The notes under the pieces were generated by a model that searched no databases, had not been told where the DNA came from, and worked only from the letters and a program-made list of their open reading frames with translations. A stretch of 33,088 nucleotides of DNA, taken from the IMG/VR virus record IMGVR_UViG_3300035666_000104; one strand, 5' to 3'. This DNA is from a virus. How positions within the stretch are numbered: position 1 is the stretch's first letter; each line of letters begins with the position of its first letter. The translations under genes and the position numbers were made by a program. This document shows, one piece after another, positions 1-8,352 of this stretch.

Positions 1-99
1 TTGAGTATTAGTTGGTGTTTGTGTTTGTGATGCGGTTATACTTGGTGTTGGTGTCTGAGTTTGACTTGCTGTAATTGTAGGAGTTTGTGTCTGTGTTGG
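1..99. repeat. Terminal overlap: 1-99 is identical to 32990-33088 (circular closure or terminal redundancy)
   Basis: Base-by-base comparison of both window ends. The reading frame of the minus-strand gene is continuous across the join. Confidence 0.9.
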
Positions 100-470
100 A
101 GTTTGAGTATTAGTTGGTGTTTGTGTTTGTGATGCGGTTATACTTGGTGTTGGTGTCTGAGTTTGACTTGCTGTAATTGTAGGAGTTTGTGTCTGTGTTG
201 GAGTTTGAGTATTAGTTGGTGTCTGAGTTTGACTTGCTGTAATAGACGGTGTTGGAGTTTGTGTTTGACTTGCTGTAATTGTAGGAGTTGGAGTAGGGGT
301 TTCAGTATTAGTTGGAGTTTGTGTTTGACTTGCCGTAATAGACGGTGTTGGTGTCTGAGTTTGACTTGCTGTAATTGATGGTGTTGGAGTTTGGGTCTGA
401 GTTGTAGTATTTGTTGGTGTGTTAGTTGGAGTTTCAGTATTAGTAGGAGTTTGTGTAGGGGTAGCAGTCA
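1..470. repeat. Coding tandem repeats: a perfect 102-bp unit at 1-102 and 103-204, followed by diverged or partial units
   Basis: 1-102 equals 103-204. The units encode ..[30 protein letters not shown].. on the minus strand. Confidence 0.9.
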
Positions 471-1101
471 ATGTGGTTGTAGTAGTAGGTGTAGGTGTTT
501 GAGTATTTGTTGGCGTTGAAGTTAATGTAGTTGTTGTAGTAGGCGTAGGTGTTCCTGTTCTCGTTGGTGTTTGAGTTGGTGTTTGAGTTGGTGTCGGAGT
601 AAATTGTTGTGTCGGTGTATTCGATGGAGTTATTGTTGGTGTAACAGTTTGAGACGCAGTTACACTTGGAGTTGGTGATGGTGGATTTAATTCATCAGGA
701 GCGAATATAATATTGGAATCATCTTCATCATTGGAAATGAATTCCATAAAGTAATCATTCGTAGTGTTTGCAGATTGTGCAATCAACAACGCAATACCTG
801 ACTCCACGAGGTTGTATGCATACACTGGGTCAAGATTCCCACTACCAGCGGGCTGCTCCCAAATTCCATAGTTGTATTGCCCTGTGTAAGGAAATGCAAT
901 CTCACCAGGATTTTGTCCTTCAATAAATTCAAACTCGTCATATCTAACTCTATGTGTTGAGATGTTAGATAAAATCATTGTTACTCTTCTTTTTGAGAAG
1001 ATATGTGTAAACGAGAATAACCACTCAGGATTCGCAAGTTCTGCGTTCTGAGAAACGGTTACAACAATCTTATTTAATTGGTTTGTTTTTAGAAGAATCA
1101 T
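1..1101 (-). CDS. 5' part of the junction-spanning fibre-like protein: N-terminal globular domain of about 135 aa plus a long Pro/Thr/Gln linker. Continues at 32989->32147, about 647 aa in total.
   Basis: ATG at 1101-1099 (MILLKTNQLNKIVVTVSQ...). The frame is open to base 1, with the last codon complete at 3..1. It is not in the ORF track because it runs off the window edge. Confidence 0.75.
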   Translation of the reverse strand, partial: MILLKTNQLNKIVVTVSQNAELANPEWLFSFTHIFSKRRVTMILSNISTHRVRYDEFEFIEGQNPGEIAFPYTGQYNYGIWEQPAGSGNLDPVYAYNLVESGIALLIAQSANTTNDYFMEFISNDEDDSNIIFAPDELNPPSPTPSVTASQTVTPTITPSNTPTQQFTPTPTQTPTQTPTRTGTPTPTTTTTLTSTPTNTQTPTPTTTTTLTATPTQTPTNTETPTNTPTNTTTQTQTPTPSITASQTQTPTPSITASQTQTPTNTETPTPTPTITASQTQTPTPSITASQTQTPTNTQTPTQTQTPTITASQTQTPTPSITASQTQTPTNTQTPTQTQTPTITASQTQTPTPSITASQTQTPTNTQ

Positions 1102-1114
1102 CTCGATAAAAAAT

Positions 1115-1147
1115 AATCACAAGGGGGTATTAATCCCCCCTGTGATT
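1115..1147 (-). terminator. Putative intrinsic terminator or attenuator between the 176-aa gene and the fibre gene
   Basis: Minus strand reads AATCACAGGGGGG-ATTAATA-CCCCCTTGTGATT (12 of 13 bp paired), followed by ATTTTTTAT. Confidence 0.55.
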
Positions 1148-1161
1148 GTATAGAAAATTTA

Positions 1162-1692
1162 TTAAGCGGATACCACCGTGATACCTGCAACAACTGATGA
1201 TAAAGGACCACTCAGTTCACACATCGGGTTCTGTTCCAACGCTTGGAAGGTAATATTATACCCCTGAGCGTCGCCCAGTGCCTTGCCCGTAACTGATGAA
1301 CCAGCACTCACGAATGAACCATATACTTCGCCAAGCAGAAAGTACTTACCTGTATTATCTTCCATTACGATTGATAGTTTTGGAGATTGAGCAAGTGTTT
1401 TCAAAATATTTCTTTTCGATTGTTCTAACTTAGAGAAAAATGTTACCAATTCTTGTGTGTAGAACACAGTTCCATTTTCAAGTGACGCATTTACCGTCTC
1501 AGTATATTGACTTGAAGTACGAATTAATTGAAATTCGTAATAACTTCCAGTTCCACTGATTTGAGTAATTGTATCGCCTGTGTTTTTTGTGATGGATGCG
1601 AGATTGTCTTGGTCTGTAATCCATATGGTTTGTACGCCGCCGACTACATCACGGCAACCTAACGCAATTCCACTACTTACATTGCAACTCAT
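1162..1692 (-). CDS. Virion structural protein, possibly the major tail (tube) protein
   Basis: Lies directly after the MCP gene. I chose the start at MSCNVSS (1692) because the listed upstream extension overlaps the 1729-1753 hairpin. The tube-like call is by general sequence pattern only. Confidence 0.7.
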   Translation of the reverse strand: MSCNVSSGIALGCRDVVGGVQTIWITDQDNLASITKNTGDTITQISGTGSYYEFQLIRTSSQYTETVNASLENGTVFYTQELVTFFSKLEQSKRNILKTLAQSPKLSIVMEDNTGKYFLLGEVYGSFVSAGSSVTGKALGDAQGYNITFQALEQNPMCELSGPLSSVVAGITVVSA

Positions 1693-1728
1693 TTTATATT
1701 GATTTAATTTTTTTAGTTTATTGAAATA

Positions 1729-1753
1729 ATGATTGGGGACGAACCCCAATCAT
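1729..1753 (-). terminator. Perfect 10-bp stem / 5-nt loop hairpin directly after the MCP stop
   Basis: ATGATTGGGG-acgaa-CCCCAATCAT. The downstream T-tract is imperfect (TATTTCAAT), so terminator function is uncertain. Confidence 0.4.
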
Positions 1754-1761
1754 TATGAATA

Positions 1762-2721
1762 TTAAAGACCGTTAGTTACAAAAAACTGCGGAAACGCAAT
1801 TTGTGTGCCCAGTTTCCATGCGGCCATCACGCGGACTTCTTGAAAATCAAGTGAAAACCAACTACGATATGTATCTTCGTCGCTCATAAGGTCAACGCCA
1901 ACTAACCAATATTGCTGCGGTGCTGCTGCGATTAAGTTCGAACCATTTAAGCCCGGCACGCCTACAACTTTATACTGTGTTTGAGGATGGAATGTTTCAT
2001 ACACTTGACCTAATGTTGGTTCAGTGAAATGGAAGTTATTCACCTGACGAATCGACTTCAAATAGCATTTGAATTGCTGCTCGGACATGAAAATTATAAT
2101 GTCTTCACGAGAATAGATATTTCTATCTAACGCTTCGATTATGTTATCTACTTGTTCAAGAACTCTTTCTGCTTTGTTTTGAATTGTTGCTCCTGTTACA
2201 GAACATAATGCTGTTTGACCAGTTAATTTAACAACACCAGCAGTGTTATTTACCAACTCAATGAATCCTGAGAAAGTTGAAGAACCACTTGTTGCATTCC
2301 AAAGCAAATCTTCGTTATAACGCTTTATCTGACGGGTCTGCAAATCAATTATCGCCTGTTCAAACGGCGCATTTTCATTGTATGACCCTGCATTCAAATA
2401 TTGACCTAACCATACTTCATTTAAGGTTTGTAAACAAAGTGAAGTGTTAACTTTCAAACTTTGAACTGTTAATGGAGCAACAGTAAATGTTGTTGTTCCA
2501 GAATTTTCCCAACCACAAGTTGTTCCTGTTTGTACTACTAATGTTTCTGAAAGTAAGTTAACATTTTGCGTCCCCTTTATGCCAGGAATTGTATTTACAT
2601 ACTTCATGGTCTGTGGTGTAAGGACTGCCTCAGAAATGATATCAGATGAAAGTTGGTCTACATAATTTGCCAAGCCCGACAAATCGTAGTTAAATTTCAT
2701 TTTGGATAATTTGTTTTTCAT
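1762..2721 (-). CDS. Major capsid protein (HK97-fold-like)
   Basis: 319 aa, positioned after the protease and scaffold genes. Overall pattern resembles Bacteroidota phage MCPs. Confidence 0.7.
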   Translation of the reverse strand: MKNKLSKMKFNYDLSGLANYVDQLSSDIISEAVLTPQTMKYVNTIPGIKGTQNVNLLSETLVVQTGTTCGWENSGTTTFTVAPLTVQSLKVNTSLCLQTLNEVWLGQYLNAGSYNENAPFEQAIIDLQTRQIKRYNEDLLWNATSGSSTFSGFIELVNNTAGVVKLTGQTALCSVTGATIQNKAERVLEQVDNIIEALDRNIYSREDIIIFMSEQQFKCYLKSIRQVNNFHFTEPTLGQVYETFHPQTQYKVVGVPGLNGSNLIAAAPQQYWLVGVDLMSDEDTYRSWFSLDFQEVRVMAAWKLGTQIAFPQFFVTNGL

Positions 2722-2745
2722 TTTATTATCTATTTTATTTTTTGT

Positions 2746-3534
2746 TTAGTTTCTGTTTAGAGCTGCTTTCAATCTCTTGAATGACTCTAATTTATCTTCT
2801 GTTTTCGAGAAGTTTTCGTTTATTGTTTTTTGTGTGAACACTTTTTGACCTGCTGGTTCACTTGAAAACTTTTGGAAATTACCTTCAAGTTCTTTTTGTT
2901 TAGCAGAGATTTGGTCAATTTTTGACTCGATTTTTTTGAGTGCTTGAGAGAATAATTCTGCCACTTCTTCAGCAGACATCATATCATCTTCCATATCCTC
3001 AACTTCTTTTTCCGCTGCTGATTCATCTGCTTCGTCTACACCTTGAATAGAACCACCAACAATGTTGATTTTCTTTCCATTCTCAGCTTCGTAAACTCCA
3101 TCTGTTATTGCTGTAAGAGTTCCATCATAGTTAACGAGTTTCACCATCAAACCAACCATTGGTTCTTCACCTTCAACTCTAACTACCTTTCCGTCTTTCA
3201 TCTTAACATCAGCGAACTTCTCAGACATATTCTCATCCTTGATTGATTCTTCTTCTTTCTTGTCTTCGAGTTTTGCGTCAGGCATTGCACCCATTTTAAT
3301 TTTGGATACTTTTCCTTCTTCATCAACTTCGATTTCAGAACCATCATCGAGTTTGTGCGTTCCAGCGGGAGCGGGTATCATACCCTCATCCGTTGCGACA
3401 TAGATTGGAGCACCCAACTCCAACTCACCATCAATTTTAACTGCAATTCCCTGGTCGGTTTTCGCTTCATAAAATTTTTGTGTAGTTAGATTTAGGATTT
3501 TCATAATCCTGTCTAATGCTTGTTTACTATTCAT
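2746..3534 (-). CDS. Scaffolding-like protein
   Basis: Very acidic, with two internal beta-rich repeats (..DG..I.V..G..) and a C-terminal coiled coil. Sits between the protease-like gene and the MCP gene. Confidence 0.55.
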   Translation of the reverse strand: MNSKQALDRIMKILNLTTQKFYEAKTDQGIAVKIDGELELGAPIYVATDEGMIPAPAGTHKLDDGSEIEVDEEGKVSKIKMGAMPDAKLEDKKEEESIKDENMSEKFADVKMKDGKVVRVEGEEPMVGLMVKLVNYDGTLTAITDGVYEAENGKKINIVGGSIQGVDEADESAAEKEVEDMEDDMMSAEEVAELFSQALKKIESKIDQISAKQKELEGNFQKFSSEPAGQKVFTQKTINENFSKTEDKLESFKRLKAALNRN

Positions 3535-5155
3535 CTGTTATTGATTTAAGTATTTGCTTTATTTGGTTTATTTGTTTGTCTTCTTTTGAGAAAACAGATT
3601 TGTTACCGAATAATCCTTCTACGGAAAATCCAGTTAACATATTATCTTTTACTAATTTCCATATCTTCTTGTCCTCAACTCGCATCTGAACAAACCATGT
3701 TCCTGATGGTAGTTCAAAACCATACATATTTGATTTGTCTTTGATAGGGTCTTCTGAAACCCAAGATTCTGTAATGTAAACTTTGTCTGAACCTAACTTA
3801 ATGCCGTTGTGTTCTATGGAGGTTTCGTCAGTGCGTTTCTGTTTGAGGAAACGGTCTGCCATTTTACGGATTGACGCTTTGGAAAAATATACATAGTACA
3901 TATTCCCCAAGTCATCGTATCTGTGAATCATTTTGTTTGGCACCATCGCTGCACCCACAAGGATTTGTTTGTCTTCATCCGCAACTGCGAAGGTCATTTT
4001 TTCCTTCTCCAATTGTTTCAGTTTTCTTTCTGACCATTTGAGTCCTGCTTCACCACCCCACGCATCATACATCAATTTACCACAACCATCATCATATGAT
4101 TTTGATTTGGTTAAATCTGTCTTGTGTCTTGATAGGTATGAATACATTCTTTTTAATGTATCCACTGAGATGTTCTCACCTTTTGCAAGTTGAGATGCTC
4201 TCTGTTTTCCTACACCTGTACCACAAGAACCCCATCCGTTTTTGTCTGCATATTCAACAGCACTTTTTGCTGCGTTCTTAACACCCTCAGGGTAGTCAGA
4301 TATTGTATCTGCAAAATCATCCTCAGTCATCTTAATTGGAACACAGTTTGGAACTTCTCTACCATCAAGAATCTTAGTCCCGATTGGTTCATATCCTTCC
4401 CAACAAGCATCTTCAAGTCCCATTTCATCTTTCTTAAAAAGATTTGGACCTGTTCTTGGCATACCAGGTTTCCATTGTTTAGATGGATTTGGTGAGTTGA
4501 TTGTTGTTTCTGTTCTTGTATCGGGTTGAAGATTTGATGACTGAGCACTTGTATCTTCAACACCTCTTGTTGATGAACCTGAGTTTCTAATTTTACCAGT
4601 CGGTGCGTATAATAATCTAACCCAAGTGTGACGGCAGTTAAATGAACCTCTCCACAAAAAGATGTTATAGAAACCAAATTCTTCATTAGCAACTGAATCA
4701 GTTAACTCATCAATATCTTCTTGTCTATAAACTCTATTCATGGATAACATATCAGAACAGAATTGTCTATTCTTCGGGTCTCTTGGACCTACATATTTGA
4801 ATCTAACTCTATATTGGTCATTATCTAAGAATGATGGTTCGTTGGGTTCTGAGAACCTCTCTTGGTTCATCTTCTGAACCATCATAGGTGTGATTTTTTC
4901 GACTTTAATTACTTCCCAACCCTCATCTATCAATTGATGATAAGGTTCTCCTAATTGGTCTAATTTTGGGTTGTGTGAACAGAAGTCATCTGATACAATA
5001 TTGTATTTGGGTTCTAACTTTTCAACTTCTTCATCGTGACCAAAAGCAATCCACTGCTCATCGTGAGCAGGTCTTGATACAAGTGAGATTGCTTCAATAC
5101 CACTTTCCTCGAACTCATCATCAATAAAAAGTTCAATAATACGAGTAGGATTCAT
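3527..5155 (-). CDS. Head-maturation fusion protein: XkdF-like (Peptidase_S78_2-like) protease segments plus a MuF-like/Cys-motif insert
   Basis: N-terminal GIEAISLVSRPAHDEQWIAF. C-terminal ..ILVGAAMVPNKMIHRYDDLGNMYYVYFS..SIEHNG..ITESWV..GFSVEGLF resembles XkdF. The middle has GSFNCRHTW and CWEGYEPIGTK..GREVPNCVPI motifs. Confidence 0.6.
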   Translation of the reverse strand: MNPTRIIELFIDDEFEESGIEAISLVSRPAHDEQWIAFGHDEEVEKLEPKYNIVSDDFCSHNPKLDQLGEPYHQLIDEGWEVIKVEKITPMMVQKMNQERFSEPNEPSFLDNDQYRVRFKYVGPRDPKNRQFCSDMLSMNRVYRQEDIDELTDSVANEEFGFYNIFLWRGSFNCRHTWVRLLYAPTGKIRNSGSSTRGVEDTSAQSSNLQPDTRTETTINSPNPSKQWKPGMPRTGPNLFKKDEMGLEDACWEGYEPIGTKILDGREVPNCVPIKMTEDDFADTISDYPEGVKNAAKSAVEYADKNGWGSCGTGVGKQRASQLAKGENISVDTLKRMYSYLSRHKTDLTKSKSYDDGCGKLMYDAWGGEAGLKWSERKLKQLEKEKMTFAVADEDKQILVGAAMVPNKMIHRYDDLGNMYYVYFSKASIRKMADRFLKQKRTDETSIEHNGIKLGSDKVYITESWVSEDPIKDKSNMYGFELPSGTWFVQMRVEDKKIWKLVKDNMLTGFSVEGLFGNKSVFSKEDKQINQIKQILKSITDE

Positions 5156-5193
5156 TATCTATAAATATTTGTTTTATTAAAATGTTCCAATTT

Positions 5194-7488
5194 TTATATC
5201 AACGAACGAGATTTAATTACTCTATCAAATTGTTGTTGATTTGATATATCTGTCGCCGTTACGAATGTTCTAATTGGTTGGTTTTGGAATGTCTGTTGAA
5301 TTACTTCCGCAATCCTTGAACTATTATCTTGTTGTGGTTGATTCTGACCTTTAACCATTCCACCTACTGCAAACTGTGGTAGTGCTCCTGCGTCATTAAT
5401 TGCGGTTAATAATGGTTTGAATAACTGAGTTGAACGAGCGTTAACAACAAACTCCCCATCACTAAGAAGTGCAGGGATTGAATCTGATGTTGATGTTCCT
5501 GGTCCTGAAACGAATCCACCTGTCGCCATTTTCTTTGCTGAAACATTGATGATACCAGGAGGTTGGTTGGATGGTTGTCCGCCAGGTTGACCTGCTGTCC
5601 CACCACCTGATACAGGTAATTTTGTATCAACAATTTTCTTAACGGATACGAGACCACGAACAATTGCTGCTGCCGCAAGAGCGAATCTCAGAACTGTCGG
5701 CATTGGGGTTGGGTCAGCGAGTACCTTGTTTGCTGATACATAGGTATCAATTGTTGCAGATGCGATTGCGAGTGCCTTACCCGCCTTTGTTTGTTCTCCT
5801 ACGAGTGATGCAGTTGCGGACAATAGTCCTGATACTGCTTGGAAATTCGCCATCTTCGCATCCAACAATGCCTTATCAACATTTTGTTGTGCTTGATTGT
5901 TTTGTTTTACGAATTGTAGATACTGAGTATCAGTAATTTTTTTCTTGTTGTGAAGGTCTTGGTAATAAAGTGCTTCTTGGTCTAATCTCGCCTTCTCTTT
6001 TTGAAGTAAATCTATTTGTGTTATTTCTCCTTCCTGAGAATCTATTTCATCTTGTAATCTCTGTTGTTGAAATCTCTGTTGTTGTAGTTCAAGGATTTTT
6101 TTGTTTGTATCCTCAATTACTTTCAGTTTCTCTGCTGCGTTCAGTTGGTCAGAGTTTCTAACTTCTTGTTGAAACTGTTCGTATAATTGTATTTGTTTCT
6201 CGAAGTCATCACTAACTAATGAGAGTTCATTGAGTAATTGGTCTTGTCTATCTTTTTTTCTTTTGTCCTCGTCTGTCTTGATTGCGTCAGCGAGTTGTTT
6301 GGCATACTTCGCACGGATTACATTTTTCTCCGCTTCTGTAAGTTCAACATTCTGTAACTCGATATTCATCCTTTGGTCAAGGAGTGTTTGAAGTTCTGAT
6401 GTTGAAGTATTTGTTTTCTCTATTTCAAGTTGGATGAGAGCATCGAGTTCTCTACTTCTTCTTTCAAGTTTTTTCTTTTCGGTTTCTTGTCTCTTGGTCT
6501 CATCTTCTTTTATTGCGTCATCCAACTTTTTGGCATACTCTTGTCTCAAAAGTTCTTTCTCTGCCTCAGTCATGGTCTGACTTCTCATCTCCAAATTCAT
6601 TCTTTCATCAAGAAGTTTTTTGAGATTTTCTTTTGAGGTATTGTCTTTGTTTACTTCAAGTTGTATCTGTGCATCAAGATTTTTCTTTTGTTTTTCTAAC
6701 GCTTCTTTATTCCTCTTGTCCTGTTCATCTTGTTCAGTTTTCTTTGCAGCATTTCTTTTTTCAATTTCTTCCTTCTCTGTCTTTGTTAACTCCTTAGTTC
6801 CATCTGTGAATCTTTTGTACGCCTCCTGAGCAGCACCTGCCGCATCTGAAACAGAGTTTTTAAGTTGGTCAAAACCTACTTGTGCTTGTTCAAAATCAAG
6901 TGTGAATATTCCTTTGAGAATATTGATAACACCCTGACCAACATTTTTGATAAATGTGAATAGACCAAATAGACCAGAATAAAACATTCCAATCCCCTTT
7001 GTAACATAGGGGAGAGCGGTCATCGCTAACTCAATAAAAATATCGAGTAACGGCTCCATAGCACGGAATATACCACCTAAGATTTTTTCAAATGCGATGA
7101 AGATTGGTTGTAATTTCTTTTGTGCTGCTTCACTCTGACTGAACGCCGCAACAAGACCACCGATAGCCGCAACAACGAGACCAATCACCGACGCTTTTAG
7201 AGCAGTGTTGAATGATGAGAAGGTAATCTCCGCTTGTCTAATCCCCTTACCCAATAGTCCCAATGGACCACCCGCTTTCTCCAATGAACCAGCCCAATCC
7301 TCAGCACCTACCTTACTTTCTTCAAGTGCGTCTTCTACATCTCTGATTTGTGCAACGAGTTTGTTGAACTCTGCTGAACCAGCGGCAGTTTCTTTAAGTT
7401 GTTTTTTGAGTTCTCTTAACTGTTTGAGGGACGGTTCGGAGTTGACTTCTATATCAACATCAACTTCTATTTTTTTCTTACTTGCCAT
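5194..7488 (-). CDS. Tape-measure-like protein (alternative: internal ejection protein)
   Basis: 764 aa with a coiled coil, hydrophobic helices (aa about 95-200), an internal 65-70-aa tandem duplication, and a C-terminal GGFVSGPGTSTSDSIPALLSDGEFVVNA motif. Confidence 0.55.
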   Translation of the reverse strand: MASKKKIEVDVDIEVNSEPSLKQLRELKKQLKETAAGSAEFNKLVAQIRDVEDALEESKVGAEDWAGSLEKAGGPLGLLGKGIRQAEITFSSFNTALKASVIGLVVAAIGGLVAAFSQSEAAQKKLQPIFIAFEKILGGIFRAMEPLLDIFIELAMTALPYVTKGIGMFYSGLFGLFTFIKNVGQGVINILKGIFTLDFEQAQVGFDQLKNSVSDAAGAAQEAYKRFTDGTKELTKTEKEEIEKRNAAKKTEQDEQDKRNKEALEKQKKNLDAQIQLEVNKDNTSKENLKKLLDERMNLEMRSQTMTEAEKELLRQEYAKKLDDAIKEDETKRQETEKKKLERRSRELDALIQLEIEKTNTSTSELQTLLDQRMNIELQNVELTEAEKNVIRAKYAKQLADAIKTDEDKRKKDRQDQLLNELSLVSDDFEKQIQLYEQFQQEVRNSDQLNAAEKLKVIEDTNKKILELQQQRFQQQRLQDEIDSQEGEITQIDLLQKEKARLDQEALYYQDLHNKKKITDTQYLQFVKQNNQAQQNVDKALLDAKMANFQAVSGLLSATASLVGEQTKAGKALAIASATIDTYVSANKVLADPTPMPTVLRFALAAAAIVRGLVSVKKIVDTKLPVSGGGTAGQPGGQPSNQPPGIINVSAKKMATGGFVSGPGTSTSDSIPALLSDGEFVVNARSTQLFKPLLTAINDAGALPQFAVGGMVKGQNQPQQDNSSRIAEVIQQTFQNQPIRTFVTATDISNQQQFDRVIKSRSLI

Positions 7489-7600
7489 TCTCTAATTTCT
7501 TGGTAAAAAATTTAATGAACTTTAAGTTGTTCATGATACTTGGGAACACTAATCTCAAATCACTAAGATTCTCACGAATATTTTTTGGTGTATAGTCCAT
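7478..7600 (-). CDS. Possible 40-aa ORF (MDYTPKNIRENLSDLRLVFPSIMNNLKFIKFFTKKLENGK)
   Basis: Fills an otherwise empty 129-bp gap. Its ATG is preceded by the same AATATTTATAGAT context as the gene starting at 5155. Confidence 0.3.
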   Translation of the reverse strand: MDYTPKNIRENLSDLRLVFPSIMNNLKFIKFFTKKLENGK

Positions 7601-7617
7601 ATCTATAAATATTATTT

Positions 7618-8346
7618 TTATTGAGGTATACAACTTCCACCTGAACAAACATAGATTCCAAGTATTTCACCTGAACCATCTATATCCGCAATCAAGAACG
7701 GACCAGTTGATGTGTCTGTTGATACATTTGAATATGCGAGATATCCACTTTGACCCGAATAACCATAAATGAAATCACCAATTGTTAGAGTTGAATAAGG
7801 TTGACTTGAACAATCTTGAACTGTGATATTATAATTGTTGTTACAATAATCACTACAAGTACCTAAAATTGCCCCATGAGTATAAATTGTATTAGGACAA
7901 CTTTCGGTAGGTGTTGGTGATGATGTTATCGTTGGGGTTACAGGGATTGTAGATGTTGGAGTTGGTGTAATTGATGAACTTCCAGTTGGCGTCTGAGTAG
8001 ATATAGGAGTTCTTGTTGGCGTCTGAGTAGATATAGGAGTTCTTGTTGGACTTGGGGTTATGGTTGGTGTTGTTGTTGACTGAGGTGTTGCGGTAGGTGT
8101 TAATCCAACAGTTACAGATGGTGTTGGAGTTGTTGTTTGACTTGGAGTTTGTGTCGGGGTTACTGGTGGAAGACATTCTGCTCCAATATCAGCATTACCA
8201 CAAGTAATGATTTCAAAATCATTATCCATACAGATTGCTTGACCAGAATTTACCATAAAATTCCCGACCACACCACCACAAGTTGTTCCTGATACTGTTA
8301 CAGGAACTCCGTTAGCGTCATTATTGATATATGTTATACAACTCAT
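7618..8346 (-). CDS. PT-linker tail/fibre accessory protein with an N-terminal Cys module
   Basis: N-terminal ..VSGTTCGGVVGNF..GQAICMDN..C..ADIGAEC, then a roughly 95-aa T/P/S linker, then a Cys-containing C-terminal domain. Paralogous to 8353..9207. Confidence 0.8.
   Translation of the reverse strand: MSCITYINNDANGVPVTVSGTTCGGVVGNFMVNSGQAICMDNDFEIITCGNADIGAECLPPVTPTQTPSQTTTPTPSVTVGLTPTATPQSTTTPTITPSPTRTPISTQTPTRTPISTQTPTGSSSITPTPTSTIPVTPTITSSPTPTESCPNTIYTHGAILGTCSDYCNNNYNITVQDCSSQPYSTLTIGDFIYGYSGQSGYLAYSNVSTDTSTGPFLIADIDGSGEILGIYVCSGGSCIPQ
7985..8044. repeat. Perfect 30-bp tandem repeat, 2 copies
   Basis: gttggcgtctgagtagatataggagttctt occurs twice. It encodes TRTPISTQTP twice. Confidence 0.9.
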
Positions 8347-8352
8347 AATCTA

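Noticed and set aside
163-378. Plus-strand Cys/Leu-rich ORF (71 aa) and the similar Gly/Val ORF at 15759..16274
   Set aside because: Both are antisense read-throughs of minus-strand Pro/Thr linker repeats. Low-complexity codons (ACN/CCN) lack stops on the opposite strand. The minus-strand frames are continuous with clear globular domains.
1-470. Repeat array that could be taken for a CRISPR locus
   Set aside because: The units are directly tandem with no unique spacers. They are in frame inside a coding sequence and encode a T/P/Q linker.
1693-1749. Listed N-terminal extensions of several ORFs (1162..1749, 26219..26500, 26768..27094, 28122..28391, 19936..20394)
   Set aside because: The extensions run through hairpins or promoter cassettes, or deep into the preceding gene. 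Internal ATGs give compact, non-overlapping or minimally overlapping gene starts. The true starts remain unverified.
4327-4692. Nested same-strand alternative-frame ORFs (also 5406..5678, 7892..8176, 9247..9570, 13556..13832, 23153..23413, 31086..31454, 32569..32784)
   Set aside because: Each lies completely inside a longer ORF that has recognisable domains or better composition. Their translations are low-complexity or Gln/His/Leu-rich, as expected for off-frame reading.
3043-7495. Multiple plus-strand ORFs of 60-100 aa antisense to the scaffold, XkdF/MuF and tape-measure genes (and similar ones at 10045, 14518, 15277, 18101, 18739, 19308, 22191, 26364, 29394-30520, 30701, 31354, 31817, 32625)
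   Set aside because: They are antisense to long, well-supported minus-strand genes. They show no start context and have a hydrophobic, Cys/Phe/Leu-rich composition typical of antisense frames in AT-rich DNA.
7601-7613. T4-late-promoter-like TATAAATA on the plus strand (ctataaatatt), also at 5158-5168 and 22169-22179
   Set aside because: The genes here are on the minus strand, where the sequence reads TATTTATAG, and it abuts the ATG with no room for a leader. It is not convincing as a T4-type late promoter and is reported only as a low-interest shared motif.
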